Below are positions 1 through 13,335 of a stretch of DNA of 64,000 bases, one piece after another. The notes below the pieces were generated by a model. It did not search any database. It was not told the DNA's origin and saw only the letters and a list, made by a program, of their open reading frames with translations. Location of the stretch: NCBI GenBank assembly GCA_038087875.1, contig CM075991.1, forward strand, positions 9,550,001 through 9,614,000. Direction: 5' to 3'. The position numbers and the translations under genes are program-made. The stretch is from Malacoraja senta. Its lineage: Eukaryota. Position 1 is the stretch's first letter. Every line of letters begins with the position of its first letter.

Positions 1-2022
1 TCTCCCCAGTGTGTGTAGGATAGTGTTAATATGTGGGGATCGCTGGTCGTCGTGGACTCAGTGGGCCGAAGGCCATGTTTCCGCGCTGACGCTCTAATCT
101 AAACTACACCTTACCACCACCACCCTGCAGTTGTGACGTTTATTCCTTTAAATAATTCTGGGCATCACGGGCAAGTGTCATGTATGTAGATGCAATCCGC
201 AAGTAAGTAGGAAAGCAAACAGAATAATATTATTTATTGCTGGTGAAATTAAATCCAAAATTAAGCACGTTATGCTTCAGTTATAGTCGATCCTGGTGAG
301 ACGACATATCGGATATTATGTACAGTATTTGTCCTCATTTACGAAAGACAATAGACAATAGGTGCAGGAGTAGGCCATTCAGCCCTTCGAGCCAGCACCG
401 CCATTCACTGCGATCATGGCTGATCATCCACATTCAGTAACCCGCTCCTGCTTTCTCCCCATATCCCCTGACTCCGTTATCTTTAAGAGCTCTATCTAAT
501 TGGTGCTGACTTGCTGGGCCGAAGGGCCTGTTTCCGTGCTGTATTGCTAAAATTAAACAAAAAAACGTGCTTAGATCTGAACTAAACAATGAATTCCACA
601 GATTCACCACCGTCTGGCTCAAGAAATTCCTCCTCATCTCCATTCTAAAGGTACGCCCTTTTTTTCCTGAGGCTGTGCCCTCTGGTCCTGGATTAAACAT
701 CCTCTCCATGTCCACTCTACCTGGGCCTTTCATTGACCCTCGTTCCCTGTAATACGTCACAGACCTTGTGTGGACATGGAGCCACACATAGCAAGTCAAC
801 AGATACTAGGAAACATGGTCTACAGAAGTCAACACATGGACTTGTGGAAGAACAATAACTTTAGATCATGGTCGAGAGATAAAATGGTGCTTAGTTCATG
901 AGAGGAACTCTCCTGCACTTTGTCAAACAAGTTAGCCATCAGGCTATTAAACATGACAACGAATAAGCTCTGAGCTCTGAACTGCAAAAGTATTTTATTA
1001 TTTGTTATTTGCACAATATTTGTTATTTATTGAACTTTTCCTTTTTTTTTTCTCTTCCCCCGTTACGTACTATGTTTACATATTCACATATTCTGTTGTG
1101 CTGCAGCAAGTAAGAATTTCATTGTCCCATCTGGGACATATGACAATAATTTTGATTAGTAGGACTGGATGTTACAATCCCTAAAGTTCTTCACCACAAC
1201 TGACACCCGGTATTCTTGGGGGTGACCACCGGGTGATTTTGCTACCAATCAGACACATCTTCCGTTGTGTATCTCAACGTCACTGGGTGTTTCGGCCTTT
1301 TATCACAAGATACCCTCAGTCGAGGCAGGCCCACCGCAGGGTGATCGGCCCTGGGTGTGTGTCTTATGGGTAGCCTCTAGGTGGTCAAGTGGCAGCTCAG
1401 ACACCATCTTTTCTCTTCAGCCACAGCCTTTTTTCCTTCCATCTTCCTCTCTACTGCTGACTGTGGCTGGTTGGGCTCTGGACTCGTGTCCCTTGGTGGG
1501 ACAGTACTTGGTTGAGCTTCGCCTGGGGTGCTGATACCCTGTGGACTGTGGTGGTTAACCTGCCACTGGGCTTCACTCGACTGATTTAGCCTACCTCTTA
1601 GAAGGTAATGGTCAATGCGAGGCCCCACACCAAGCTCTCCCAGGAACTTTTCCCTGCCCTGGTGGATCTTGAGACCTTTCTCTGATGTTATCTTTTCCCA
1701 GCCACAGATGCAGCTTCAATCTTGACTCTTGACTTGACTACATGGGATCTTCTATGTAGACAAGAGAATGGTGGGCGCACAGAACACGCTGCTTGGGGTG
1801 GTGGTGGAGGTCGATGCAACGGTGGCATTGAAGAGTATTTTGGAAAGGCCCGTGGATATGCAGGGAATGGAGGGATATGACACACATGCAGCAGAGGTAA
1901 TTACTTTAACGGGGCCTCATGTTTAGCACAGGCATTGTGGACTGAAGGGTCTGTTCCTGCGTTGGACTGTGTTATGCTCTATGAGTGGGCAGCGTTTAAA
2001 AGGTGGTGGCCCACTACAATAC

Positions 2023-2216
2023 AGTTCAGGGGTCTTTTCTTCTCTCTTTTTTGTATTTTTCTTCTTTTTCTTCATTCTTTCCTTTTTACTTTTTTTTCCC
2101 GATTCATGTATCAATTTATAAAATGTTAAAAATGAAGCCGTACGAAAATTGTATAATTGTTATGCCAATTACCTTATTCTTGTACAATTGCTTCTAATAA
2201 AATAAACATTTTTTTA
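2023..2216 (+). mobile_element. Short L1-like 3' end fragment
   Basis: T-rich body ending in AATAAAATAAA and an A/T run; 25-bp direct repeat AAAAGGTGGTGGCCCACTACAATAC at 1998-2022 and 2217-2241. Confidence 0.65.
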
Positions 2217-2255
2217 AAAAGGTGGTGGCCCACTACAATACTACGACTAAATAAA

Positions 2256-2448
2256 GTGTTAAAGAAGGAACTGCAGATGCTGGAAAATCGAAGGTACACA
2301 AAAATGCTGGAGAAACTCAGCGGGTGCAGCAGCATCTATGGAGCGAAGGAAATAGGCAACGTTTCGGGCCGAAACCCTTCTTCAGACTCTTTCCTTCGCT
2401 CCATAGATGCTGCTGCGCCCGCTGAGTTTCTCCAGCATTTTTCTGTAC
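2256..2448 (-). mobile_element. Fold-back Penelope-derived short element with TSD
   Basis: Inverted arms; 15-bp TSD CTACGACTAAATAAA at 2241-2255 and 2449-2463; hammerhead motif at 2385-2358 on the minus strand. Confidence 0.8.
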
Positions 2449-5400
2449 CTACGACTAAATAAATGTCACTTTAACTTAAGAACAAAAGCGACAAGTAACC
2501 GATCTTTTGTGAATTCCACTCACGGCCCACAAACCAGTGTGTTGAGTCGACACTTAATTAAAAACCAGTTGAGGGGAAAAACATTTTCATTCAAGTAAAA
2601 ACAGATAATTCCAGGTTATTAATGATTGGGATTAAAACTCTGTCTGTCAGGACATCCATCACTGTTACTTGTTATGCAGAGATGTTATGGGCAACATTTC
2701 CTATTGAACATATCCATGCAAGGCTGCCTCATTCATTTAGTTTTCACAGTCGGACATGAAGGGCAAGTTTCACATCATTAATACTCAGGTTGAACATTAG
2801 GTCATCACAAAAAGCTGGAGTAACCCAGCGGGACAGGCAGCATATTTGGACACCAGTCTGAAGAAGGGTCTCGACCCCAAATGTCACCCATTCCTTCTCT
2901 CCAGAGATGCTGCCTGTCCCGCTGAGTTACTCAGAGGGCCCGTACATCCGGCCGTCCATAGCAGCGACTGTAGAGGGTTTATGGCCCCGAACACGGGTGA
3001 ACAAGGAGGAGGACTGATTGAACTTTGTGCCTTGAACCACAGCGAAGAATGCTGTGGTGGATGTTTGTGTTAAACTTTATTGTGTATTGTGTGTTCCTTT
3101 TTAAGTGTATTGCTGCTGGCAAATTCATTTCACTGCACCTTCGGGTGTATGTGACGAATAAAATTGACTATTGATTATTGATCAGTTGAAAGCAGCATCT
3201 GCAGTTACTTCCTATGCGGTCACGGTCATGGTGGTGCAACGGTAGAGTTGCTGCCTTACAGCGAATGCAGCACCGGAGACCCGGGTCCGATCCCCACTAC
3301 GGGTGCTGTCTGTACGGAGTTTGTATGTTCTCCCCGTGACCTGCGTGGGTTTTCTGCAAGGTAGACAATAGACAATAGATGCCGGAGTAGGACATTCGGC
3401 CCTTTGAGCCAGCACCGCCATTCAATGTGATCATGGCTGATCATCCCCAATCAGTACCCCGTTCCTGCCTTCTCCCCATATCCCCTGACTCCGCTATCCT
3501 TAAGAGCTCTATCCAGCTCTCTCTTGAAAGCATCCAGAGAACCGGCCTCCACCGCCCTCTGAGATCTTCGGTTTCCTCCCACACTCCAAAGACGTACAGG
3601 TTTGTAGGTTAATTGACTTGGTAAATGTAAAAATTGTCCCTAGTGGGTGGAGGATGGTGTTAATGTGCAGGGATCGCCGGTTGGCGCAGACCCGATGGGC
3701 CGAAGGGCCTGTATCCATGCTGTATCTCTAAACTAAAGTGCACATTTGCTCATCAATTTTTTCCTCGACTTGTGTGCCAGTATATTTGGTGTGACTCAGT
3801 CCGTCTCGCTGGTGAGTCAGGAAATTATGATCAAAAACAAACTTAAAACGAGTCCATGATCTCAGTTTAGTTTTTAACGTTTTTTTTTATAGTTTTAGAA
3901 AGTTTTTTTTAATAGTTTCAGTGCAGAAACAGGCCCTTCAGCCTACTGAGTCTGTCCCAACCAGCGATCCCCGTACACTAGCACTATCCTTCACACTAGG
4001 GACAATTTACAATCTTTAACAAAGCCATTTAACCTACAAACCCGTACATCTTTGGAGTGTGGGAGGAAATGGGAACATCTGGAGTATACCCAAGTGGTCA
4101 CGGGGAGAACGTACAAACTCCGTACAGACAGCACCCGTAATCAGGATCGAACCTGGTACCTGTACCTGTCTAAATGTTTTTTAAACAGATCAGGCAGCAT
4201 CTGTGGAAAGAGAAAGAAAAGAGTTAATATTACCGAAAGGATGACATGTAGAATTAAATGTTCCTGCTTGTGGGATCTCTCTGTGGGCATTATCAATGGG
4301 CTAGATCGCAACAATGACCGAACTCTAAACACAAAGCCCTTTGACGGAGAAGCAAGAGAGCTTTCAATGAGCGCAGCTTATTAAATTTGCTCAAGAGCAA
4401 GAAGGGAATAATGCTTTTTATTAGTTCGTGACCAGATACATATAATATTAAATTAAAATTTCTGACAGGCATGTCAAAGGCATTAGGCTGGGAAGGATAC
4501 AAGTTAAACAAAATCATTCTAAAGGCACAGAGATTTACTGTGATAGGTGCGTGCAGGGAAGTACTCAATAAGGTCATAAGTGATAGGAGCAGAATTAGGC
4601 CATTCGAAGTCACAGTTTAAGGATAAGGGGGAAGTCTTTTAGGACCGAGATGAGAAAAACATTTTTCACACAGAGTGGTGAATCTGTGGAATTCTCTGCC
4701 ACAGAGGGTAGTTGAGGCCAGTTCATTGGCTATATTTAAGAGGGAGTTAGATGTGGCCCTTGTGGCTAAAGGGATCAGGGGGTATGGAGAGAAGGCAGGT
4801 ACAGGATACTGAGTTGGATGATCAGCCATGATCATATTGAATGGCGGTGCAGGCTGGAAGGGCCGAATGGCCTACACCTGCACCTATTTTCTATGTTTCT
4901 ATGCTTATATCAAGACTACTCCAGAATTCAATCATAGCTGATCTATCTCCCTGTACCTGCCTTCTCCCCATAACCCCTGACACCGGTACTAATCAAGAAT
5001 CTATCTATCCCTGCCTTAAATATATCCACTGACTTGGCCTCCACAGCCTTCTGTGGCAAAGAATTTCACAGATTCACCACCCTCTGACTAAAGAAATTTC
5101 TCCTCATCTCCTTCCTAAAAGAGCATCCTTTAATTCTGAGGCTAAATGACGAGTTGGCTGGTTGAGGCTTAAACGAGGAGCCGAGTCAACCCTGGGCAAC
5201 TCTACTCATGGACAATGCTGCTCTCTGGTGGCCACCATGTGTCAAGACAACGAGGTGAGGTGGAACATGGAATCGCAGAGAGTTTCTGGCAACCCACCAC
5301 TGGCTTCGGACGAGGAAGTCCAGCGGGTAGTGCTGCTGCCTTACAGATCCTAAACTCTGATATTGCCTGTGTGGAATCCATGTAACAGATGGACACAAGA

Positions 5401-5974
5401 TACTGGAGTAACTCAGCGAGTCAGGCAGCATCTCTGGAGAAAAGGGAATAGGTGACGTTTCTGGTCAAAGTATCTTCTTCAGTCCCAAAACGTCACCCAT
5501 TCCTTTTCTCCAGAGATGCTGCCTGACCCGCTGAGTTACTCCAGCATTTTGTGTCTATCTTTGGTATAAACCTTCCTACACACTCATTATTCATATTGCC
5601 CTGTCCTTCCCCCTTCATTTTCCAGGTATCCCTTCATCTGACCTTCACCCCAAGACCTGCCTCCAACCAATTATTAGCTTAAAGTTGGTGAGCTAGGAGT
5701 GATTTGGATTTCATTAGAAAATATATACGGGTTCATTAAATGTTCTTAACCTTCAGACTGAAAACTCAGGGTTAGAGGGATATGGACCAAACACAGGCTA
5801 AAAAGGCTTTGTGTAGATGGGACATGTTGGTCGATGTGGGCAAGTTAGATCAAAGGACCTGTTTCCGTTGTTCAGATTTTTTTGTTTAATTTAAAGATAC
5901 AGCACGGAAACAGGTCCTTCGGCCCACCCTGTCCGCGCCAGCGATCCCCACACATTAACACTATCCTACTCCCC

Positions 5975-6660
5975 TTGATTCAAGATTCAAGAGAGTTTAT
6001 TGTCATGTGTCCCAGATAGGACAATGAAATTCTTACTTTGCTTCAGCACAACAGAACATAGTAGGCATGAATACAGAACAGATCAGTGTGTCCATATACT
6101 ATTATATAAATATATACACACATCAATAAATAAAACAGATGAAGTGCAAATAAACAGATAATGGACTATTAATGTTCAGAGTTTTGTTTCACTTGAGTTC
6201 AATAGCCTGGTGGCTGTGGGGAAGTAGCTATTCCTGAACCTGGACGTTGCAGTCTTCAGGCTCCTGTACCTTCTACCTGAAGGCAGCGGGGAGATGAGTG
6301 TGTGGCCAGGATGGTGTGGGTCCTTGATGATGCTGCCAGCCTTTTTGAGGCAGCGACTGCGATTGACCTCCCTACCATCGAGGGGATCTGAGCCGATGAT
6401 GGACTGGGCAGTGTTTACTACTTTTTGTAGTCTTTTTCCGCTCCAGGGCGCTCAAGTTGCCGAACCAAGCCACGATGCAACCGGTCAGCATGCTCTCTAC
6501 TGTGCACCTGTCGAAGTTAGAGAGAGTCCTCCTTGACATCCCGACTCTCCGTAATCTTCCCAGGAAGTAGAGGCGCTGATGTGCTTTCTTTATAATTGCA
6601 TCAGTGTTCTCGGACCAGGAGAGATCTTCAGAGATGTGAACGCCCAGGAATTTGAAGCTA
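5975..6660 (-). mobile_element. Rex1/Babar-like LINE 3' fragment
   Basis: Reverse strand encodes AGSIIKDPHHPGHTLISPLPSGRRYRSLKTATSRFRNSYFP; (TCTTGAA)n tail. Related pieces at about 22395-22495, 23030-23330 and 25040-25315. Confidence 0.7.
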
Positions 6661-9639
6661 CATTTACCAAGCCAATTAACCTACAAACCTGCACGTTTTT
6701 GGGTGGAAACCAAAGATCTCGGAGAAAACCCATGCAGGGCATGGGGAGAACGTACAATCTCCATACAGACAGCAATCGGGATCGAACCCGGGTCTCCGGC
6801 GCTGCATTCGCTGTAACGCTGCAACTCTACCGCTGCTGCGCCACCGTGACCGCCCCACCCACGTAGAGAAGCAGAGTTATCACTAATTGGGATTACAGAA
6901 GTAACAAGGCGACAATTCAGCAACTCCAGGGAAAATTAAACATCCTGTTTCACATGGTCCGAGAATCCCAGCCTGCAAGAACAGGATGTGAACCAACTGG
7001 AAAAATAATTAGTAAGTTAATGATTTAGTAAGGTTCCCCAGGAGGTAGGATCAGATTTATTCTTGTCACGTGCACCAAGATACAGTGAAAAACTTTTGTT
7101 TGCATGCTATCAAATCAAATAATATACACATGAATACAATCTAGACAAACAATAGTACAAAAGATGGAGCAAAGAGAAAAATACCAGAGTGGAGAATATA
7201 TTTTCTCAGCATTGTAGCCAATAGTTCTAGACAGAAAGTTCACTGTCTGCAACGACTTACCTGTAGGTGGGGGGAAAAACAGGTCTAGAGTCGCTTGCAG
7301 CGGCAGAGACCCGGGTTCGATCCCAACTCCGGGCGCTGTCTGTACGGAGTTTGTACGTTCTCCCCGTGACCTGCGTGGGTTTTCTCCGAGTTCTTCGGTT
7401 TCCTCCCACACTCCAAAGACGTACAGGTTTGTAGGTTAATTGGCTTGGTATAAATGTAAATTGTCCCTAGTGTGTGTAGGATAGTGTTAATGTGCGGGGG
7501 TCGCTGGTCGGCGCGGACTCGGTGGGCCGAAGGGCCTGTTTCCACGCTGTATCTCTTTAAAAAATTTTTTTTAATGGAATGATAGCTCAGAAGGCTGATA
7601 ACAAAGGGGGAGAAGCTGTTCCCAGGTGTTGTGGTGCACGATTTCAAACCTCTTCATCATCTGCCCAACAGGGGCTGGAGGAGAATGACCCCCAGGGTGG
7701 GAAAGATCTTTGATTAGGTTGTAGACACAAAGTTCTGGAGTAACTCAGCTGGTCAGGCAGCATCACTGGAGAAAAATAGATGTTTTGGATCAGATCCCTC
7801 GCTCAGACTGCGGAAGGGTACCAACCTGAATTCACCCATCCCTTTTCTCCAGAGATGCTGCCCGACCCGCTGAGTTACACCAGCTTTTTATGTCATTCTT
7901 CTGTATAAACCAGCATCTGTACACACTTTGATTATGTTGGCTGCGTTCCAGAGGCACTGTGATGTGGATGGAGTCGATGGTGGGGAGTCTGATCTGTGCG
8001 ATGGACTGGGCAACTCTGGGAGCTCGACTGTTAAAGGATGGCAGACTAAATTAACAGTGGTGCAGCGGTAAAGTTGCTGCCTTACAACGGCAGAGACCCG
8101 GGTTCGATCCCGACTGTGTGGGAGCTGTCTGTATGGAATTTGTACGTTCGCCCTGTGACTGAATGCTCCAGTTTCCTCCCACCCTCCAAAGACATACAGG
8201 TTCGTAGGTTAATTGGCTTCGGTAAAATTGTAAATTGTCCCTAATGTGTGTAGGATAGCGTCAGTGTGCGGGGATCGCTGGTTCCCATGCTGTATCACTA
8301 AACTAAACTCACCCAGTATGAGCAGAAACAGAAATGGCTTGGCAGTGACCCAGGTATAAAATAGTTGCTGGCAGCAGTTACAGGGGTGGCTTATTTCCAC
8401 TCAAGTTGGTGAAGCACTTTGGGGTGAATCGCACAACTCAGCAGCTGGAGCAGAACAGTGGCAGGTCCATGGTGGCAATGTGCTTGGCATGTCATCATGC
8501 CAGGATTTGTCCTGCCCCCCACTTCTATTCCAGCTTCCTCACCCGTACCACAAGCAGTCTGAAGGAGGATCCCAAACCAAAATACTGTCTGCCCATTCAG
8601 TTTAGTTTCTTGTCACGTGTACCGAGGTACAGTGAAAAGCTTTTGTTGCGTGCTAACCAGCCAGCGGAAAGACAATGCATGATTACAATCGAGCTGAAGT
8701 TTAGTGCACGATGAAGCCAAAATCGTCCGATAGTCCGAGGGTCACCAACGAGGTAGATGGTAGTTCAGGACTACTCTCTGGTTGTGGTAGCTTGATTCAG
8801 TTGCCTGATAACAGCTGGGAAGAAACTGCCCCTGAATCTGAAGGTGTGCGTTTTCACACCTCCAGATTGAGGGTCAGTTTCTCCATAGATGCTGCCCGAC
8901 TCACTGAGCTTCCCCCAGCACTTTGGTTTCCCTCAAGTTTAGTTTAGAGAGTGTGAGAACAGTCCCACCGACCCACCGCATCCGCGCCAACCACGATCAC
9001 TCGTATATAAATTTATGTTATAGGAGCAGAATTAGGCCATTCGGCCCATCAGGTCTATTCCGCCATTCAATCACGACTGATCTGTATACTACTTCTACCC
9101 TACGCACTATGGACATATTTACATAAACCAAATAACCTACAAAGACAGTTTCTTCCCAACTGTTATCAGGCAACTGAATCATCCTACCACAACCAGAGAA
9201 CAGTCCTGAACTACTATCTACCTCACTGGTGACCCGCTGACTATCCTTGATTGGACTTTGCTGGTTTTACCTTGCACTAAACGTTATTCCCTTATCATGT
9301 ATCTGTACATTGTAAATGGCTCGATTGTAATCATGTATTGTCTTTCCGCTAACTGGATAGCACGCAACAAAAGCTTTTAACTGTACCTCGGTACACGTGA
9401 CAATAAACCAAACTGTACACATGTGTGGAATTCTGGAGATTCAGCATCTGTAGTTCCTCGAGTCTGCCGGGCATGTTTGTCCTGCAACTGCTGCTTCACC
9501 CACACCTACTATATTCTGTTGTGCTGAAGCAAAGCAAGAATTTCATTGTCCTATCTGAGACACATGACAATAGACTCTCTTGAATCTTGGAGTCCAGTTT
9601 TAAATAGCAAGTTAAACAGCAACACATGCAATCTTGTCG

Positions 9640-11406
9640 TGTGTTCAGGTCAGTAAAACTTTATTTTACGTCAACCTTCATTTAAGGAACAAATCACAAC
9701 TTCATTCAACACAACAGTGAACAAAAGACAGACAAGGGCAGTACCGTTAACCCTTCGAACAGCAAGGCAACAACTCAAACTGTTTACACCTCTTTAGGAA
9801 AATACAATTCAGGGTTTGGGAAGTAAAAATGCATTAAGACTACATTTCATAATTACAATGAGTTTCAGAGCATCAAGTCAATGCAGTCACTAACTTACAA
9901 AACTCCCCTAGACTGATAACCTCAAGCAGGACGTCAATGAACATGCCATTTGCCCCTAGTCTGAAATATCTATCAATTGACCAGACGGCAAAATGGACGG
10001 TAAAGCACCCAGAGAGGAAGGCAAGAGTGAATTCCCTATGGACTGGAGACCAAAGCAAGGCAGCACACTGGAAGAGCAGGCAGCACAAACTGCAGGGAAC
10101 CTGGAAGACAACTTGGAGTGCAAGTTGTCCCATTGTTGTTTGCACCAGGTACACATGCACGTTAAACCCAGGCTTGTGAATGTTTGCTCAATTTAGGACC
10201 AAATTTCAGAAGGCCAGAGTTGAAACCGAATCGTCGCTACATCTGACATTCAACTCGTGTCACATGGGGACAACATTCCACCCACGTCTGTAGGGTAACA
10301 ATCCACTGACGTTATTGGAAAGGCACGAGTTTGTTGCCTGGAAGAGTCGATCAAAAGATTAACATTAGAATCATTTATAACTGTGGCCTCGCACGGATCA
10401 CCAAACTTCTATCTTCCAGGCACACATGCAACAGTAGTTATACTTCACGACATAACCACGCATCCTCTGCAGTTTAGGAAGCAAACTGCTCTTGATGGTC
10501 GTTTGAGGAGGACTAACGAAACTGGGCAAATTGGGTGATATTTCCAGCCTCCTCCACTGTGTACGTTTTGTCAAAGTAGAAGAGACAAACCAACAACAAA
10601 TTGCCTTTCCATTTCTGGATGTGCATTGCCACCGATTTTTTAAACAGTGCCAGCATTTCCCACTTCCCAGTAATGGAGATGAATTTTCCACAGTTAGTGA
10701 AATTTACAAATAAAACACGATAAAGAACGTATTAATTTAATTTTTAAAAAGCTTCAACAAATCAGTTAAATGGCTAAAACAAATTTAAAATAGAATGCAA
10801 CTGCTACAGACCGTCTTCTACGAAACAGACTGGGCTCCGACCTATATTTTTCTCGATTTCCCCGATTAAAGTTATTAATTATTTTGTCTGCCACAATAAT
10901 GCACACGGAGTTTGCCAGGAATTCACTCCTACCTCCTTCAATCAAGGTGCTTTATTACTTAAACAAACCAGTTGCCAGGCACATCAGGAGAGGCACAAAA
11001 TGCTGGAGTAACTCAGCAGGACAGGCGGCATCTCTGGAGAGAAAGAACGGGTGATGCTTCGGGTCGAGACCCTTCTTCAGACCCGAAAGGTCACCCATTC
11101 CTTCTCTCCAGAGATGCTGCCTGTCCCACTGAGTTACTCCAGCATTTTGCGTCTATCCTTGGTGCAAACCAGCATCTGCAGTTCCTTCCTGTACATTGTC
11201 ACATCAGGACGTGGGTTTGATGCGGGTGTTTGATAGTGCCTCGCGCTAGGTGTTGGCGAGTGGTGTAACACTGGAGGGGTGCATGTGAGCCCAGGAATCC
11301 TTGTCCACAGTAACTGTCACAGGCTCTTGCGAAATTAAAAACAAAATAACCACACGGGACGAAAGGAGTGACCTCAGCTTCAGCGGGACCAGTGACTGCC
11401 CGGAGA
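9640..11406 (-). other. DPYSL2: Probable DPYSL2 3' UTR
   Basis: Mostly non-repetitive sequence downstream of the stop. Minus-strand AATAAA candidates at 10951-10956 and 9660-9665. The end is inferred. Confidence 0.5.
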
Positions 11407-11498
11407 TCACCCGAGCATTGTAATATTGGTGTGGCCACCAGGGGGCATGACGATACGCTGGCCGGTACGGCGGGGGAGATTGTCGTCCATCTGGGCAC
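11407..11498 (-). CDS. DPYSL2: DPYSL2/CRMP2 last coding exon (92 bp including stop)
   Basis: (G)[29 protein letters not shown] then TGA. Not in the ORF track; read manually. CAG acceptor at 11501-11499. Confidence 0.93.
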
Positions 11499-12706
11499 CT
11501 GATGGGGAGGAGGAGAGAAGTTAGTCTGAATAAGGCGACACACCTTCCCTTCATTAACTCCCACCCACCCACCCCCCCCCCCACCATCTTAAACGCACAG
11601 TAACGCAGAAGAGAGGAGGACCCGGCGTGGGGGGGGGGGGGGAACAGTCACGGGATACTTTGTATCTTTGTTGGCGCCCTTTATGTAGCGACTCTTTGCA
11701 TACCTTGGTGTGCAAAACAAATAATTCCACCGTGACTTTGTGTGTGTAGTGTCTATGTTAGTTTGTGTCCAAGATGGCGGTCGGAAGGGAGAGTGGACGC
11801 TGGCGCGGTTTAGCTGCCGCTGCTCTCTCTTCACATTGTGTTTCTGATTTCTTTTTTGTCTTTGGATCCAATTCCGTCTTTAATTTGTGTATTTGTGATG
11901 TCTTTATAACTTATTTTTACTCCGATTATATGTTCTTTGTTAAATTCTGTAAGGTGTCCTTTGAGACTTTTGTATAGGCGCCCACAAATAAAATTTATTA
12001 TTATTATTATTATTAGTGTTCATTCGTTACGCAGCGGTAGAGTTGCTGCCTTACAGCGCCAGAGACCCGGGTTCGATCCCGACTACGGGTGCTGTCTGTA
12101 CGCACTTTGTACGTTCTCCCCGTGGGTTTTCCCCGGGAGCTCTGGTTTCCTCCCACATTCCAAAGACGTACGTACAGGTTTGTAGGTTAATTGGCCTCGG
12201 TACATTGTGCGTATCCCAGTGTGCAGTGTGTGAACGCGGGAGGGCATAGAACTAGCGTACTGGTAAACGTTGGTCGGCACGGACCCAGTGGGCCGAAGGG
12301 CCCGTTTCCATGCTGTATCTCTAAAGTAAAAAACCCCCATTAAGAAACGTTAGGGCAGCACGGTGGCACAACTGGTAGTGCTGCTGCCTTACAGCGCCAG
12401 AGGCCCGGGTTCAATCCTGACCTCGGGAGCTGTCTGTGCGGAGTCTTCACAGTGAGGTGGGAACATAGGCACCTACAAGTACTGTACCAGGAGGCTCACA
12501 CCGTCACAGGCAGGTCACATGGGCTTCATGTACACAACAGTTATCATCTGGCAACATCACATAGGTCTAAAGGTTCGCAGCGTACTGAAGCAAGTAGACC
12601 AAGCCTCCCTCGGTGCCCAGAACACAGTACACTACACAGGAGATCAACATTGCCCGAAGTTATATAAAGATGCCGAGAAGTAATCAAACAGGAGACACAC
12701 ATTTAC

Positions 12707-12872
12707 CAGACAAACTGAACCCTGACTGGTGGAGATTCCGCACAGGGGGCACCTGTTGCTTGGCGGGCGAGGTCCTGGCAGAGGTGGCAGGCGTGACCGA
12801 TTTGGGGGTCACGGAAACCTCGCAGACGGGGCCGTCGTAGAGGCCTCGGGGTACGCCATGCAGCTCCGTCAA
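12707..12872 (-). CDS. DPYSL2: DPYSL2/CRMP2 coding exon (166 bp), phospho-regulatory tail
   Basis: [56 protein letters not shown]. The [14 protein letters not shown]...TSPAKQQ stretch is CRMP2-like rather than CRMP1/4-like. CAG acceptor and GTAAAT donor. Confidence 0.95.
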
Positions 12873-12914
12873 CTGGGGAAACAATGTTGCAGGGTTAACA
12901 TACACTGGCGGATG

Positions 12915-13335
12915 TGTGACCGTGTGTCCGTGTGCACCAGTGTCCGTGTGCCAGAGTGCCCGTGTTTGTCTGTGTGCGCCAGATTGCCCGTGCGTGCCAG
13001 AGTGCCCGTGTGCGCCAGTGTCCGTGCCAGAGCACTGGTGTTTGCCCAAGCCCGCTAGAGTGCCCGGGTGCGCCAGAGTGCCCGTGTTTGTCCGTGCGCG
13101 CCACAGTGCCCGTGCTTGCCAGAGTACCCGTGTGCGCCAGTGTCCGTGTGCCAGAGTGCCCGTGTTTGTCCGTGTGCCAGTGTTTGTCCGTGCGTGTCAG
13201 AGTGCCCATGTTTGTCCGTGCGTGCCACAGTGCCCGTGTTTGTCCGTGTGCCAGTGTTTGTCCGTGCCAGAGTGCCCGTGTTTGTCCGTGTGCCCGTGTT
13301 TGTCCGTGCCAGCCAGAGTGCCCGTGCGTGCCACA
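12915..13335. repeat. GC-rich minisatellite (units like GTGCCCGTGTTTGTCCGTGTGCCAGA)
   Basis: Directly visible degenerate tandem array; it produces the repetitive Cys/Val/Pro ORFs in the track. Confidence 0.9.
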
